From positions 1 through 53,464 of the forward strand of contig JBEEFQ010000071.1 in the NCBI GenBank assembly GCA_041166245.1: a stretch of 53,464 nt of DNA. Direction: 5' to 3'. A program made the position numbers and the translations under genes. How positions within the stretch are numbered: the stretch's first letter is position 1; the number at the start of each line of letters is the position of its first letter. The notes beneath the pieces were generated by a model. The model did no database searches, was not told where the DNA came from, and saw only the letters and a program-made list of their open reading frames with translations. This document shows positions 1 to 7,772 of the stretch, one piece after another. Origin of the DNA: Actinomycetota bacterium (GTDB taxonomy: Bacteria > Actinomycetota > Acidimicrobiia > Acidimicrobiales > JAFATL01).

Positions 1-27
1 CGTAGCCCCGACATATTCGGGGCTACG
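1..27 (-). terminator. GC-rich stem-loop just downstream of msrB
   Basis: Perfect 10-bp inverted repeat CGTAGCCCCG / CGGGGCTACG with a 7-nt loop, about 25 nt past the msrB stop. The window edge hides any U-tract. Confidence 0.45.
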
Positions 28-51
28 CGCCAAAGAACGAGGTTCGGGGGG

Positions 52-456
52 TCAGGCGGGCTTGAAGTCGAGGGAGCAGGAGTTGATGCAGTAGCGCTGG
101 CCGCCGGCGCCGGGGCCGTCGGGGAAGACGTGGCCCAGATGGCCGCCGCAGGCCTTGCACGTCACCTCGGTGCGGACCATGCCGTGGCTGGTGTCGGTGT
201 GCAGCTCGACGTTCTCGGTGTTCATGGGGTCGGTGAAGCTGGGCCACCCCGTGCCCGACTCGAACTTGGTGCCGGAGCTGAACAGCTCGGCTCCGCAGCC
301 CGCACACACGTAAGTGCCGTCCGCCTTGTTGTCGACGTGTTCGCCGGTGAAGGGTCGCTCGGTGCCCTTCCTGCGCAACACCTCGTACTGCTCGGGCGTG
401 AGCTCGGCGCGCCATTCCTCGTCTGACTTCGTCACCTGGTCGGCCATGGGGCCCAA
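52..456 (-). CDS. msrB: peptide-methionine (R)-S-oxide reductase MsrB
   Basis: 134-aa ORF with SelR/MsrB hallmarks: two CxxC zinc pairs (CAGCG, CKACGGH), GWPSF, and the catalytic Cys in RYCINS. Confidence 0.95.
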   Translation of the reverse strand: MGPMADQVTKSDEEWRAELTPEQYEVLRRKGTERPFTGEHVDNKADGTYVCAGCGAELFSSGTKFESGTGWPSFTDPMNTENVELHTDTSHGMVRTEVTCKACGGHLGHVFPDGPGAGGQRYCINSCSLDFKPA

Positions 457-478
457 GGCTACGTTCGCCGACGGCGTA

Positions 479-730
479 TCAGTCGCGAAGGTGGTCGAGC
501 TGCTTGATGACCTCGGCGGGCAGGCCCCGCACCAGGTCGGTGAGCACGGCGCCCACGTGCAGCGCCTGTTCCTCGGCCTTGGCCAGGAGGGTCTCCCGCT
601 CGTCGGGATCGAAGTCCTCCCAGGCGTCGCGCAGCAGCCCGATGGACGCGGTGACGACGCTCATGGACGTGAGCAGCCCGTGGGCCATCACCGCCATGAG
701 GGTGTCGTCGAGGTCCACCTCGCTCGCCAT
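479..730 (-). CDS. hypothetical small helical acidic protein
   Basis: 83-aa ORF with strong GC3 codon bias, 22 nt upstream of msrB on the same strand. No family recognised and no clear SD. Confidence 0.5.
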   Translation of the reverse strand: MASEVDLDDTLMAVMAHGLLTSMSVVTASIGLLRDAWEDFDPDERETLLAKAEEQALHVGAVLTDLVRGLPAEVIKQLDHLRD

Positions 731-747
731 GCCGCAATGGTACGGCA

Positions 748-1605
748 GTGGGTAGCGTTCGACGCGTGCTCACGCGCATCGACCGGGTGGTCCTCGCCGT
801 GCCCGACCGCGGCCGGGTCGCCCAGGCGTGGGGTGACCTCCTTGGAGCCGAAGTCGACACCGAGGACAAGGTCGGCGGGTTGCGCGCGAGCCGCACCCGT
901 CTGCGGCTGGGCACGGGCAGAGTCGACCTCGTCGAGGCCGACGGCTCCGGAGCGGTGCAGGATGCGGTGAGCCGGCGGGGCGGCCATCTGTACGCGGCCG
1001 GCGCCGCCACGCCCGACCTGCAGGACGTGATCGTCGCCTTGCAGCAGCGCGGGGTCGACCACGTCGCCGAGGGCACCAACGTCGACGGCGAGGTCTGGGT
1101 GGACGCCGGGCACGGCCTGCGCATGGTCATCGACCTCGACAGCGCTCTCGATCCCGTCGGCCGCGTCGATGAGCTGTACGAGGTCACCAACCTCGTCGCC
1201 GACGCCGATGCGGCCGCTACGGCCTTCGCCGACCAGTTCGGCCTGCATCCCTCCGCCTTCGAGCCCATCGCATCGACCGAGTACGGCTACGCCGGCGCGC
1301 TGACGCTGTTCGACCCCGACCACCTGCACCGCATCGAGGTCATCCATCCCCACGACGGCACCAAGACCATGGGTCGTTACTACGCCAAGCACGGCGAGTC
1401 GCTGTACATGTGCTTCGCGGAGACGGGGGAGCTGCCGGCCATCACCGACACGCTTCGCGACCGGGACGCGCCCCACACCGCGGTCGGCGACCACACCACG
1501 TTCATCCATCCGCAGGCCCTCGGCGGCGCCATGGTCGGCCTCAGCCGTCGCACCTACGCGTGGACCTGGTCCGGCCATCCCGAGAGAGTGGAGCCCGTCG
1601 CATGA
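748..1605 (+). CDS. VOC (glyoxalase/bleomycin-resistance/dioxygenase) fold protein, two-domain
   Basis: Two VOC-like modules (RIDRVVLAVPDRGRVAQAWGDLLGAEV; LYEVTNLVADADAAATAFADQFGL). Start uncertain: GTG 748 or in-frame GTG 766. Confidence 0.7.
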   Translation: MGSVRRVLTRIDRVVLAVPDRGRVAQAWGDLLGAEVDTEDKVGGLRASRTRLRLGTGRVDLVEADGSGAVQDAVSRRGGHLYAAGAATPDLQDVIVALQQRGVDHVAEGTNVDGEVWVDAGHGLRMVIDLDSALDPVGRVDELYEVTNLVADADAAATAFADQFGLHPSAFEPIASTEYGYAGALTLFDPDHLHRIEVIHPHDGTKTMGRYYAKHGESLYMCFAETGELPAITDTLRDRDAPHTAVGDHTTFIHPQALGGAMVGLSRRTYAWTWSGHPERVEPVA

Positions 1606-2375
1606 GTGACGTCCTGCTGAGCGAGGACCGGGGCCGCATCCGGATCCTCACCTTCAACCGACCCCAGGCCAAGAACGCGTTCAACGACGACCTGTACGAC
1701 GCGGTCACCGAGGCGCTCCGCACCGCGGCCGACGACCCCGGCGTCGCGGTCGTCGTGCTCACCGGCGCCGAGGGCGCGTTCAGCGCCGGCCAGGACCTGT
1801 CGGAGATGACCAAGGCCCGCACGTCCGAAGAGGCGGAGACGAGCGGCTTCATGCCGTTCGTGGACACCATCCAGTCGTTCCCCAAGCCGCTGATCGCCGC
1901 GGTCAACGGCGTGGCCGTCGGCATCGGCGTGACCATGCTCTTGCACTGCGACCTGGTGTTCGTCGGCGAGCGGGCACGACTACGGGCGCCGTTCGCCAGC
2001 CTGGGCATCGTGGTGGAGGCGGGCAGCAGCGTGCTGTTCCCGCAGCGCATCGGCTGGCAGAACAGCGCCCACCTCCTCTTCACGAGCGCGTTCGTGAGCG
2101 CGGCCGAGGCGGTGCGGATGGGACTGGCGTGGCGCGAGTACTCCGACGAGCGGCTGCTGGTCGAGGTCCTCAACTACGCCGAGCAGATCGCGGCGATGCC
2201 GGTCGCGGCACTCGTCGAGAACAAGAAGCTCCTGCTCGAGTCGCGGGTGGCCGCCGTCGTCGAGGCCCGCCCCCGCGAGCAGGATGCATTGGCACGCACG
2301 GTCGGGAGCCCCGCCAACCTGGAGGCCATCAACGCCTTCATGGAAAAGCGCGCCCCCGACTTCACAAGTCTGTAG
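1602..2375 (+). CDS. enoyl-CoA hydratase/isomerase (crotonase) family protein
   Basis: Crotonase motifs (RILTFNRPQAKNAF, VVLTGAEGAFSAGQDL, PLIAAVNGVAVGIG). ATG 1602 overlaps the upstream TGA (ATGA). Confidence 0.9.
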   Translation: MSDVLLSEDRGRIRILTFNRPQAKNAFNDDLYDAVTEALRTAADDPGVAVVVLTGAEGAFSAGQDLSEMTKARTSEEAETSGFMPFVDTIQSFPKPLIAAVNGVAVGIGVTMLLHCDLVFVGERARLRAPFASLGIVVEAGSSVLFPQRIGWQNSAHLLFTSAFVSAAEAVRMGLAWREYSDERLLVEVLNYAEQIAAMPVAALVENKKLLLESRVAAVVEARPREQDALARTVGSPANLEAINAFMEKRAPDFTSL

Positions 2376-2385
2376 GACCTTCAAC

Positions 2386-3084
2386 GTGTGCGGTCGATAC
2401 GTCTCTTCGACGCCGGTGGGCGTGCTCGCCGAGCGCTTCGAGGTGGAGGACGTGCGGGCGCCCGACCTCGGCGCCCGGTTCAACGTGGCGCCGACCGACG
2501 AGGTCTACGCGGTGGCCGAGGGCAAGGACGGCACCCGTCGCCTCGGCACGTTCAAGTGGGGACTGGTGCCGTTCTGGGCCAAGGACCCCAAGGTCGGCAG
2601 CCGCATGATCAACGCGCGCGTCGAGACGCTGCAGTCGAAGTTCAAGCGCACCCTCGAGCGCCGGCGCTGCCTCATCCCCGCCGACGGCTTCTACGAATGG
2701 CAGGAGCGGCCCGCGGGCCAGAAGAACCAACCGTTCTTCATCCACCGCAGGGACGGCGAGCCCCTTGCCTTCGCCGGCCTGTGGGAGGTGTGGCACGACG
2801 ACGACGATCCGGACGCCGAGCCGCTGCGCACGTGCTCGATCATCACGACTGACGCCAACCAGGTCGTGGCGCGTACCCACGACCGCATGCCGGTGATGCT
2901 CGCCCCCGACGCTTGGAAGGCGTGGCTCGACGTCGACCAGCACGATCTCGACGTGATCCAAGGCCTGCTCGTCCCCGCCGCGCCCGCGGAGCTCGAGGTC
3001 TACCCCGTGTCGACCGACGTGAACAGCGTCAAGAACGACGGTGACCACCTCGTCGAACCCCTCGAGGGCCACGCGGCACGCTGA
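2386..3084 (+). CDS. SOS response-associated peptidase (SRAP/YedK/HMCES family)
   Basis: GTG at 2386 gives the family-defining N-terminus M-C-G-R (catalytic Cys2). Also FKWGLVPFWAKD, RCLIPADGFYEW and RMPVML motifs. Confidence 0.9.
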   Translation: MCGRYVSSTPVGVLAERFEVEDVRAPDLGARFNVAPTDEVYAVAEGKDGTRRLGTFKWGLVPFWAKDPKVGSRMINARVETLQSKFKRTLERRRCLIPADGFYEWQERPAGQKNQPFFIHRRDGEPLAFAGLWEVWHDDDDPDAEPLRTCSIITTDANQVVARTHDRMPVMLAPDAWKAWLDVDQHDLDVIQGLLVPAAPAELEVYPVSTDVNSVKNDGDHLVEPLEGHAAR

Positions 3085-3137
3085 CCCCTGGGCGTGCCAA
3101 ACCCGGTACTCTTCGTGACAGCGGAGGACAAGGGGGA

Positions 3138-3725
3138 ATGATGTCGACAGCCTGGAAGCCGGCCCCCGGCCAGGTTGCGTTGATCGAGCTGGCAGACGAT
3201 GCAGACCATTGCTTGACGGGCGTGGTGATGTCGGACAGCAATGGCACGGTGTCCATCGACCTGGGCGCGTCACCGACGGCGCCCGAGACGGAGACCGAGG
3301 TCGTCGCCAGCTTCTTCACGCCCGAGGCGCTTTACCGCGTCAAGGCGCACGCCGTTCCTCGCAAGGAGCAGAAGAAGGTCATCGACCTCACCGTCGATGA
3401 CGTCGAGCGCGTGCAGCGCCGCACCGCCCCACGCGCCCGCATCGAGCTGAAGGCCGCGCTCACCGCCTTCGAAGGCGACAGCGACTTTTCGTCGGTGGTG
3501 GGCAGCACCGTCGACATCGGCCCCGGCGGTTGCCGCGTCCGCACCGAGAAGCAGTTCCCCCCGGGCAACGACCCCACCGTCACCATCCAGCTCCCCGACG
3601 GCGACACGCTCGCGCTCCTGGCCCAGATCCTGCAGGTGCAGGCGGACGACGGGACCTTCGAGTACCGCCTCGCCTTCATGGACGTCCACGAAGACGAGGA
3701 GAAGAAGCTCGTCGCCCTGGGCTAG
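3138..3725 (+). CDS. PilZ domain protein (putative c-di-GMP receptor)
   Basis: RxxxR (RRTAPR) followed about 30 aa later by a D-x-x-x-G-G-type motif (VDIGPGGCRV), as in PilZ. SD-like AGGGGGA upstream. Confidence 0.75.
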   Translation: MMSTAWKPAPGQVALIELADDADHCLTGVVMSDSNGTVSIDLGASPTAPETETEVVASFFTPEALYRVKAHAVPRKEQKKVIDLTVDDVERVQRRTAPRARIELKAALTAFEGDSDFSSVVGSTVDIGPGGCRVRTEKQFPPGNDPTVTIQLPDGDTLALLAQILQVQADDGTFEYRLAFMDVHEDEEKKLVALG

Positions 3726-3729
3726 CCCC

Positions 3730-3778
3730 GTTCTCGAGGCAATACGTCGCGGAATCCGCCACGTATCGCCTCGAGAAC
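3730..3778 (+). terminator. long imperfect stem-loop after the PilZ gene
   Basis: 18-nt arms GTTCTCGAGGCAATACGT / ACGTATCGCCTCGAGAAC (17/18 complementary). They enclose a nested GCGG-AAT-CCGC mini-hairpin, 5 nt after the stop codon. Confidence 0.55.
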
Positions 3779-3810
3779 GCGTGCGGTCGACGTTGCCGTA
3801 GCGTCGGGGC

Positions 3811-4212
3811 GTGACCGATCTGACCGTCATGCTCTGCGACTACGCGGAGGCGGTGAACGGGAAGCTGTACATCTCCGGCGGAGGCTGGAGCGAGTTGCGC
3901 GGGAGCGGGCCGGCCGACCTGGCCTTGGCGGTGAAGATGGGCCTGCCGTGGACCGACGCCGACCGTCCCGTGCCGCTCGAGGCGTCGCTCCTCACCGAGG
4001 ACGGCCACGAGGTGGAGGCCGGTGGCGAGCCCGTGCGCTTCAGCGCCGAGGTGCAGGCGGCCCGGTCGCCCGACCTCCCGCCCGGGACGCCGCTGGACGT
4101 CGCTGTCGCCATCCGCTTCGGCAATCTGATGCTGACGCCGGGGGGCTACCGCTTCGAGGTGAGCCTCGACGGCGAGCTCTCAGCCACCGTGCCCTTCCGC
4201 GTCCGCGCCTGA
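3811..4212 (+). CDS. hypothetical protein
   Basis: 133-aa ORF with good GC3 bias, GTG start, 40 nt upstream of the dynamin-like pair. No family recognised by eye. Confidence 0.6.
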   Translation: MTDLTVMLCDYAEAVNGKLYISGGGWSELRGSGPADLALAVKMGLPWTDADRPVPLEASLLTEDGHEVEAGGEPVRFSAEVQAARSPDLPPGTPLDVAVAIRFGNLMLTPGGYRFEVSLDGELSATVPFRVRA

Positions 4213-4252
4213 CCCGCAAGCCGTCGGCGGCCTCCGGCGGTACCCTCCGCCC

Positions 4253-6055
4253 GTGCAGGACGCGCTGGCGCTCGTCGATCTGGTGGCCAAGGCTGCCTCT
4301 GCCTACCAGCGTCCCGACCTGGCCCGCCGCCTGGCAGCCACCCGCACTCGGCTGAGCGACCCCGCCGTTCACGTGCTGGTGGTGGGGGAGTTCAAGCAGG
4401 GAAAGAGCTCGCTCATCAACGCCCTCGTGGGCGCGCCCGTCTGCCCCGTCGACGACGACGTCGCCACCGCAGTGCCGACGGCAGTGCGCCACTCGGAGGT
4501 CCCCTACGCCCGCGTGCGCTACGAGAGCGAGACCGAAGGGGCCGAGGGCGACGTGGTGGAGATCGCGATCGAGGACGTGGCGAGCTACGTCACCGAGTCG
4601 GCCAACCCCGACAACCGCGAGAAGCTGCGCCTCGTCGAGGTCGGGCTGCCCCGCCGCGTGCTCGCCACAGGCGTGGTGCTCGTCGACACACCGGGGGTCG
4701 GCGGTCTGGGCTCGGCCCACGCGGCGACGACTCTGGCGGCGTTGCCCATGGCCGACGCGCTGCTGTTCGTGTCCGATGCGTCGCAGGAGTACAGCGGGCC
4801 TGAGCTCGACTTCTTGCGCCAGGCGCGGGAGCTGTGTCCCGAGGTGGCCTGCGTGCTGACCAAGACGGACTTCTACCCGTCGTGGCGCAAGGTCGCCGAG
4901 CTCAACCGGGGTCACCTCGACCGCGTCGGCGTCCGCGCTCCGATCCTCCCCGTGTCCTCCACCCTGCGGCACGACGCGTTGGACGCGGGCGACCAGGAGC
5001 TCAACCAGGAGTCGGGGTTCCCCGCCCTCGTCTCCCATCTGAGGGACGAGGTGGCGCGTCAGTCGTCGCTCGGCGTGGTCGGTGCGGCCGTCGCCGACAT
5101 GCGGTGGGCGGTGACGCAGCTGCGATCGCAGTTCGAAGGGGAGCTGGCCGCGCTCGCCGATCCGGCGCGCGCCCAGGCCGTGATGGTGCGGCTCGAGGAC
5201 GCCAAGGCCCAGGCCGAGCGGCTCCGCAGCCAGGCGTCGCGCTGGCAGCAGGTGCTGGTCGACGGCGTCGGCGACCTCACGAGCGACCTCGACCACGACC
5301 TCCGCGAGCGCATCCGCCAGGTCGTCAAAGAGGCGGAGAACGCCCTCGACATCAGCGACCCAGCCGAGACGTGGGACGAGTTCGAGCCGTGGCTCTACCG
5401 GCGCACCGCAGAGGACGTGGCCCATCACTACGCGCTCATGACCCGGCGAGGTCGTGAGCTGGCGGCCGAGGTGGCCGAGGTGTTCGCCCTCGACGGTCAG
5501 GAGATCAACCTGGTGGTGCAGACCGGCTCGCCGACCGACACCCTGGGTGGCTCGTCCACCCTGAGCGCGTTGGAGTTGAAGAGCGCGAGCGTCGTGACGC
5601 AGGCGTTGACGGTCATGCGCGGCACCTACGGCGGCGTGCTGATGTTCAGCATGATGCCGACGATGCTGCTCGGCCTGGCCCTACCCCTCGCGCCGATCGC
5701 CGCCATCGGCATGTTCCTCGGACGGCGCACGCTGAGCGACGAGCGGGAGCGCCACCTCGGCCAGCGCCAGGCCCAGGCCAAGACCGCGGTCCGCAAGTAC
5801 GTCGACGACGTCAGCTTCGCGGTGTCCAAGGAGTCACGCGACAACCTGCGCCTCGTGCACCGCCAGCTGCGCGACCACTTCACCAGCCAGGCCGAAGAGC
5901 TGCACCGGTCGGCGGCCGCCGCCCAGCTCGCGGCCCAGCAGGCGATGGCCGAGGACGGGGCCACCCAGGCCCGGCGCCAGCGCGACGTCGAAGCCGAGTT
6001 GCAGCGCCTGGCCGGCCTCTCCGCACGCGTGGAAGGGCTGGCTGGGTACCAATGA
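4253..6055 (+). CDS. dynamin-like GTPase (bacterial DLP, IniA-like) with membrane-paddle segment
   Basis: P-loop GEFKQGKSSLINAL, VLVDTPG switch, TKTD G4 motif, long coiled-coil stalk, and a hydrophobic hairpin VLMFSMMPTMLLGLALPLAPIAAIGMFLG. Confidence 0.85.
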   Translation: MQDALALVDLVAKAASAYQRPDLARRLAATRTRLSDPAVHVLVVGEFKQGKSSLINALVGAPVCPVDDDVATAVPTAVRHSEVPYARVRYESETEGAEGDVVEIAIEDVASYVTESANPDNREKLRLVEVGLPRRVLATGVVLVDTPGVGGLGSAHAATTLAALPMADALLFVSDASQEYSGPELDFLRQARELCPEVACVLTKTDFYPSWRKVAELNRGHLDRVGVRAPILPVSSTLRHDALDAGDQELNQESGFPALVSHLRDEVARQSSLGVVGAAVADMRWAVTQLRSQFEGELAALADPARAQAVMVRLEDAKAQAERLRSQASRWQQVLVDGVGDLTSDLDHDLRERIRQVVKEAENALDISDPAETWDEFEPWLYRRTAEDVAHHYALMTRRGRELAAEVAEVFALDGQEINLVVQTGSPTDTLGGSSTLSALELKSASVVTQALTVMRGTYGGVLMFSMMPTMLLGLALPLAPIAAIGMFLGRRTLSDERERHLGQRQAQAKTAVRKYVDDVSFAVSKESRDNLRLVHRQLRDHFTSQAEELHRSAAAAQLAAQQAMAEDGATQARRQRDVEAELQRLAGLSARVEGLAGYQ

Positions 6056-7521
6056 GCTTGCTCGGCGACGTCGAGGGGGTGCTGCAGACGGCGGCGACGG
6101 CCACCGCAGGTACGCCGCTCGCGGCCGAGGTGGCCGCCCTCGAGCGCCGACTGCACGAACCCCTGCGCCTGGCCCTGGCGGGACGGGTGAAGGCGGGCAA
6201 GTCCACGCTGGTGAACGCGCTCATCGGCGAGGAGCTGGCGCCGACGGACGCGGGCGAGTGCACACGCGTCGTCACCTGGTACGTCAACGGTCCGACCTAT
6301 CGGGTGACGCTCCAGCCGCGGAGCGGTGCGGGGCGCCAGGTGCGCTTCCACCGCGACCGTGGCGCCCTCGAGATCGACCTCGGATCGACGCCGCCCGAAG
6401 AGATCGAACGGCTCGTCGTGGAGTGGCCGTCCGGGTCACTGCGGTCGACGACGCTCGTTGACACGCCCGGCATCGCCAGCCTGTCCACCGACGTGTCGGA
6501 GCGAACTGTCCAGTTCCTCGCGCCCGGTGAGGACCAGGCCACCCCGGCCGACGCGGTGCTGTACCTGCTGCGCCATCTGCACACCACCGACCTGCGCTTC
6601 CTCGAGGCGTTCCACGACGACGAGGTGGCGCAGCCCACGCCGGTCAACACCATCGGTGTCCTCTCGCGGGCCGACGAGGTGGCGGCCGGCCGCCTCGACG
6701 CCATGGCCTCGGCGTCCCGCATCGCCGAGCGGTGGCGGGGCGACGCCAAGCTGCGGCGGCTGTGCCAGACGGTCGTGCCGGTGGCGGGCCTGCTGGCCCA
6801 GACTGGCCGCACGCTGCGCGAGGCCGAGTTCGACGCCCTGCGCCGGCTGGCGGGCGAGCCGGGCGAGACGACAGAGGCGATGCTGCGCTCGGCCGACCGC
6901 TTCCTCGCCGAGTGGGCGACGTGCCAGGTGACGGCGCCGGAGCGTCAGGTCCTGCTCGACCGGCTCGGCCTGTTCGGTGTTCGACTGTCGCTGGGGCTCA
7001 TACGCCAAGGGGGGAAGTCCACCGCGACCGACCTGGCGGCCGAGCTGCTGCATCGCAGCGGCCTGGACGAGCTGCGCAGCGCGCTGGCTGGCCAGTTCAC
7101 CGCCCGTCGGGACGTCCTCAAGGCCCGAGCGGTGCTGCTCGCCCTCGACGAGGTGATGGGCCGAGCCCCCGAGGGGCCCGGGGCGTCAGCCGTGGCCGGC
7201 CAGCTCGAGCGCATCGCGGCCGGGGCCCATGAGTTCGCCGAGCTCCGTCTCTTGAACGCGCTTCGGATCGGGGCGCTGGCCGTGAAGGACGCCGAGCTCG
7301 AGGACATGGAGCGGCTTCTCGGCGGGGCGGGCCCGAGCCTGGCGGCCCGGCTCGGGCTCGAGGCCGACGCCTCGCCCGACGCGGTGCGCCAGGCGCTGGA
7401 GGCGACCCTCACGCGGTGGCGGCGACGGGCCGAGAGCCCGCTGTCGACTCGGCCGGTCGGAGATGCGGCCCGCGTGCTCGTGCGTACGTGCGAGGGCCTG
7501 CTCGTCGCCACACCGGGCTAA
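6052..7521 (+). CDS. dynamin-like GTPase (bacterial DLP, IniC-like)
   Basis: P-loop AGRVKAGKSTLVNAL, LVDTPG, LSRAD (G4-like). The ATGA overlap with the upstream DLP indicates translational coupling. Confidence 0.85.
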   Translation: MSLLGDVEGVLQTAATATAGTPLAAEVAALERRLHEPLRLALAGRVKAGKSTLVNALIGEELAPTDAGECTRVVTWYVNGPTYRVTLQPRSGAGRQVRFHRDRGALEIDLGSTPPEEIERLVVEWPSGSLRSTTLVDTPGIASLSTDVSERTVQFLAPGEDQATPADAVLYLLRHLHTTDLRFLEAFHDDEVAQPTPVNTIGVLSRADEVAAGRLDAMASASRIAERWRGDAKLRRLCQTVVPVAGLLAQTGRTLREAEFDALRRLAGEPGETTEAMLRSADRFLAEWATCQVTAPERQVLLDRLGLFGVRLSLGLIRQGGKSTATDLAAELLHRSGLDELRSALAGQFTARRDVLKARAVLLALDEVMGRAPEGPGASAVAGQLERIAAGAHEFAELRLLNALRIGALAVKDAELEDMERLLGGAGPSLAARLGLEADASPDAVRQALEATLTRWRRRAESPLSTRPVGDAARVLVRTCEGLLVATPG

Positions 7522-7772
7522 AGGGATTTGAGGGACATATTCGTCCTTCACGCCCGCCGATCCGGTCGTTACGCTTACGAGCAAGGGGCGGAAATCAATC
7601 TGCAGAGACCGGGGGGCGATGTGGTCGATCTAGGCGCGATCCGACCTTCGCCGATCCCCTATGGGTCCCCTGCCGAAGGGGGGGTGTCCCCGATGTTGCG
7701 AGTGGGCGACCTCCGTACGGTCGAAATCAGCCCGAGAACACCTCTCGGGACCAGGATCAGGAGGGGACAGGG
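7522..7772 (+). promoter_or_regulatory. 251-nt lower-GC intergenic leader upstream of the IniB-like gene
   Basis: Longest non-coding gap in this gene block. Contains small perfect hairpins (CCCGAGA-ACACC-TCTCGGG at 7731-7749; CCCCT-GCCGA-AGGGG near 7667-7681) and the SD AGGAGGGG just before ATG 7773. Confidence 0.3.

Noticed and set aside
748-759. Identical 12-mer GTGGGTAGCGTT at 748-759 and 15460-15471, both at longest-ORF starts in divergent intergenic regions and containing a TANNNT-like TAGCGT.
   Set aside because: A single 12-nt match is expected by chance many times in 53 kb of biased-composition DNA. The downstream spacing to in-frame start codons is not consistent between the two sites.
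4040-5428. 462-aa minus-strand ORF opposite the first dynamin-like gene.
   Set aside because: It has no motifs and an Arg/Gly/Leu-rich antisense-type composition. The plus frame has complete GTPase motifs.
7416-7772. N-terminal 119-codon extension of the 857-aa track ORF (MAATGREPAVDSAGRR...).
   Set aside because: - It overlaps the end of the second DLP gene and then crosses a lower-GC, hairpin-containing stretch.
- Its composition is Arg/Pro/Gly-rich junk.
- A strong SD (AGGAGGGG) precedes ATG 7773, which yields the conserved IniB-like N-terminus.
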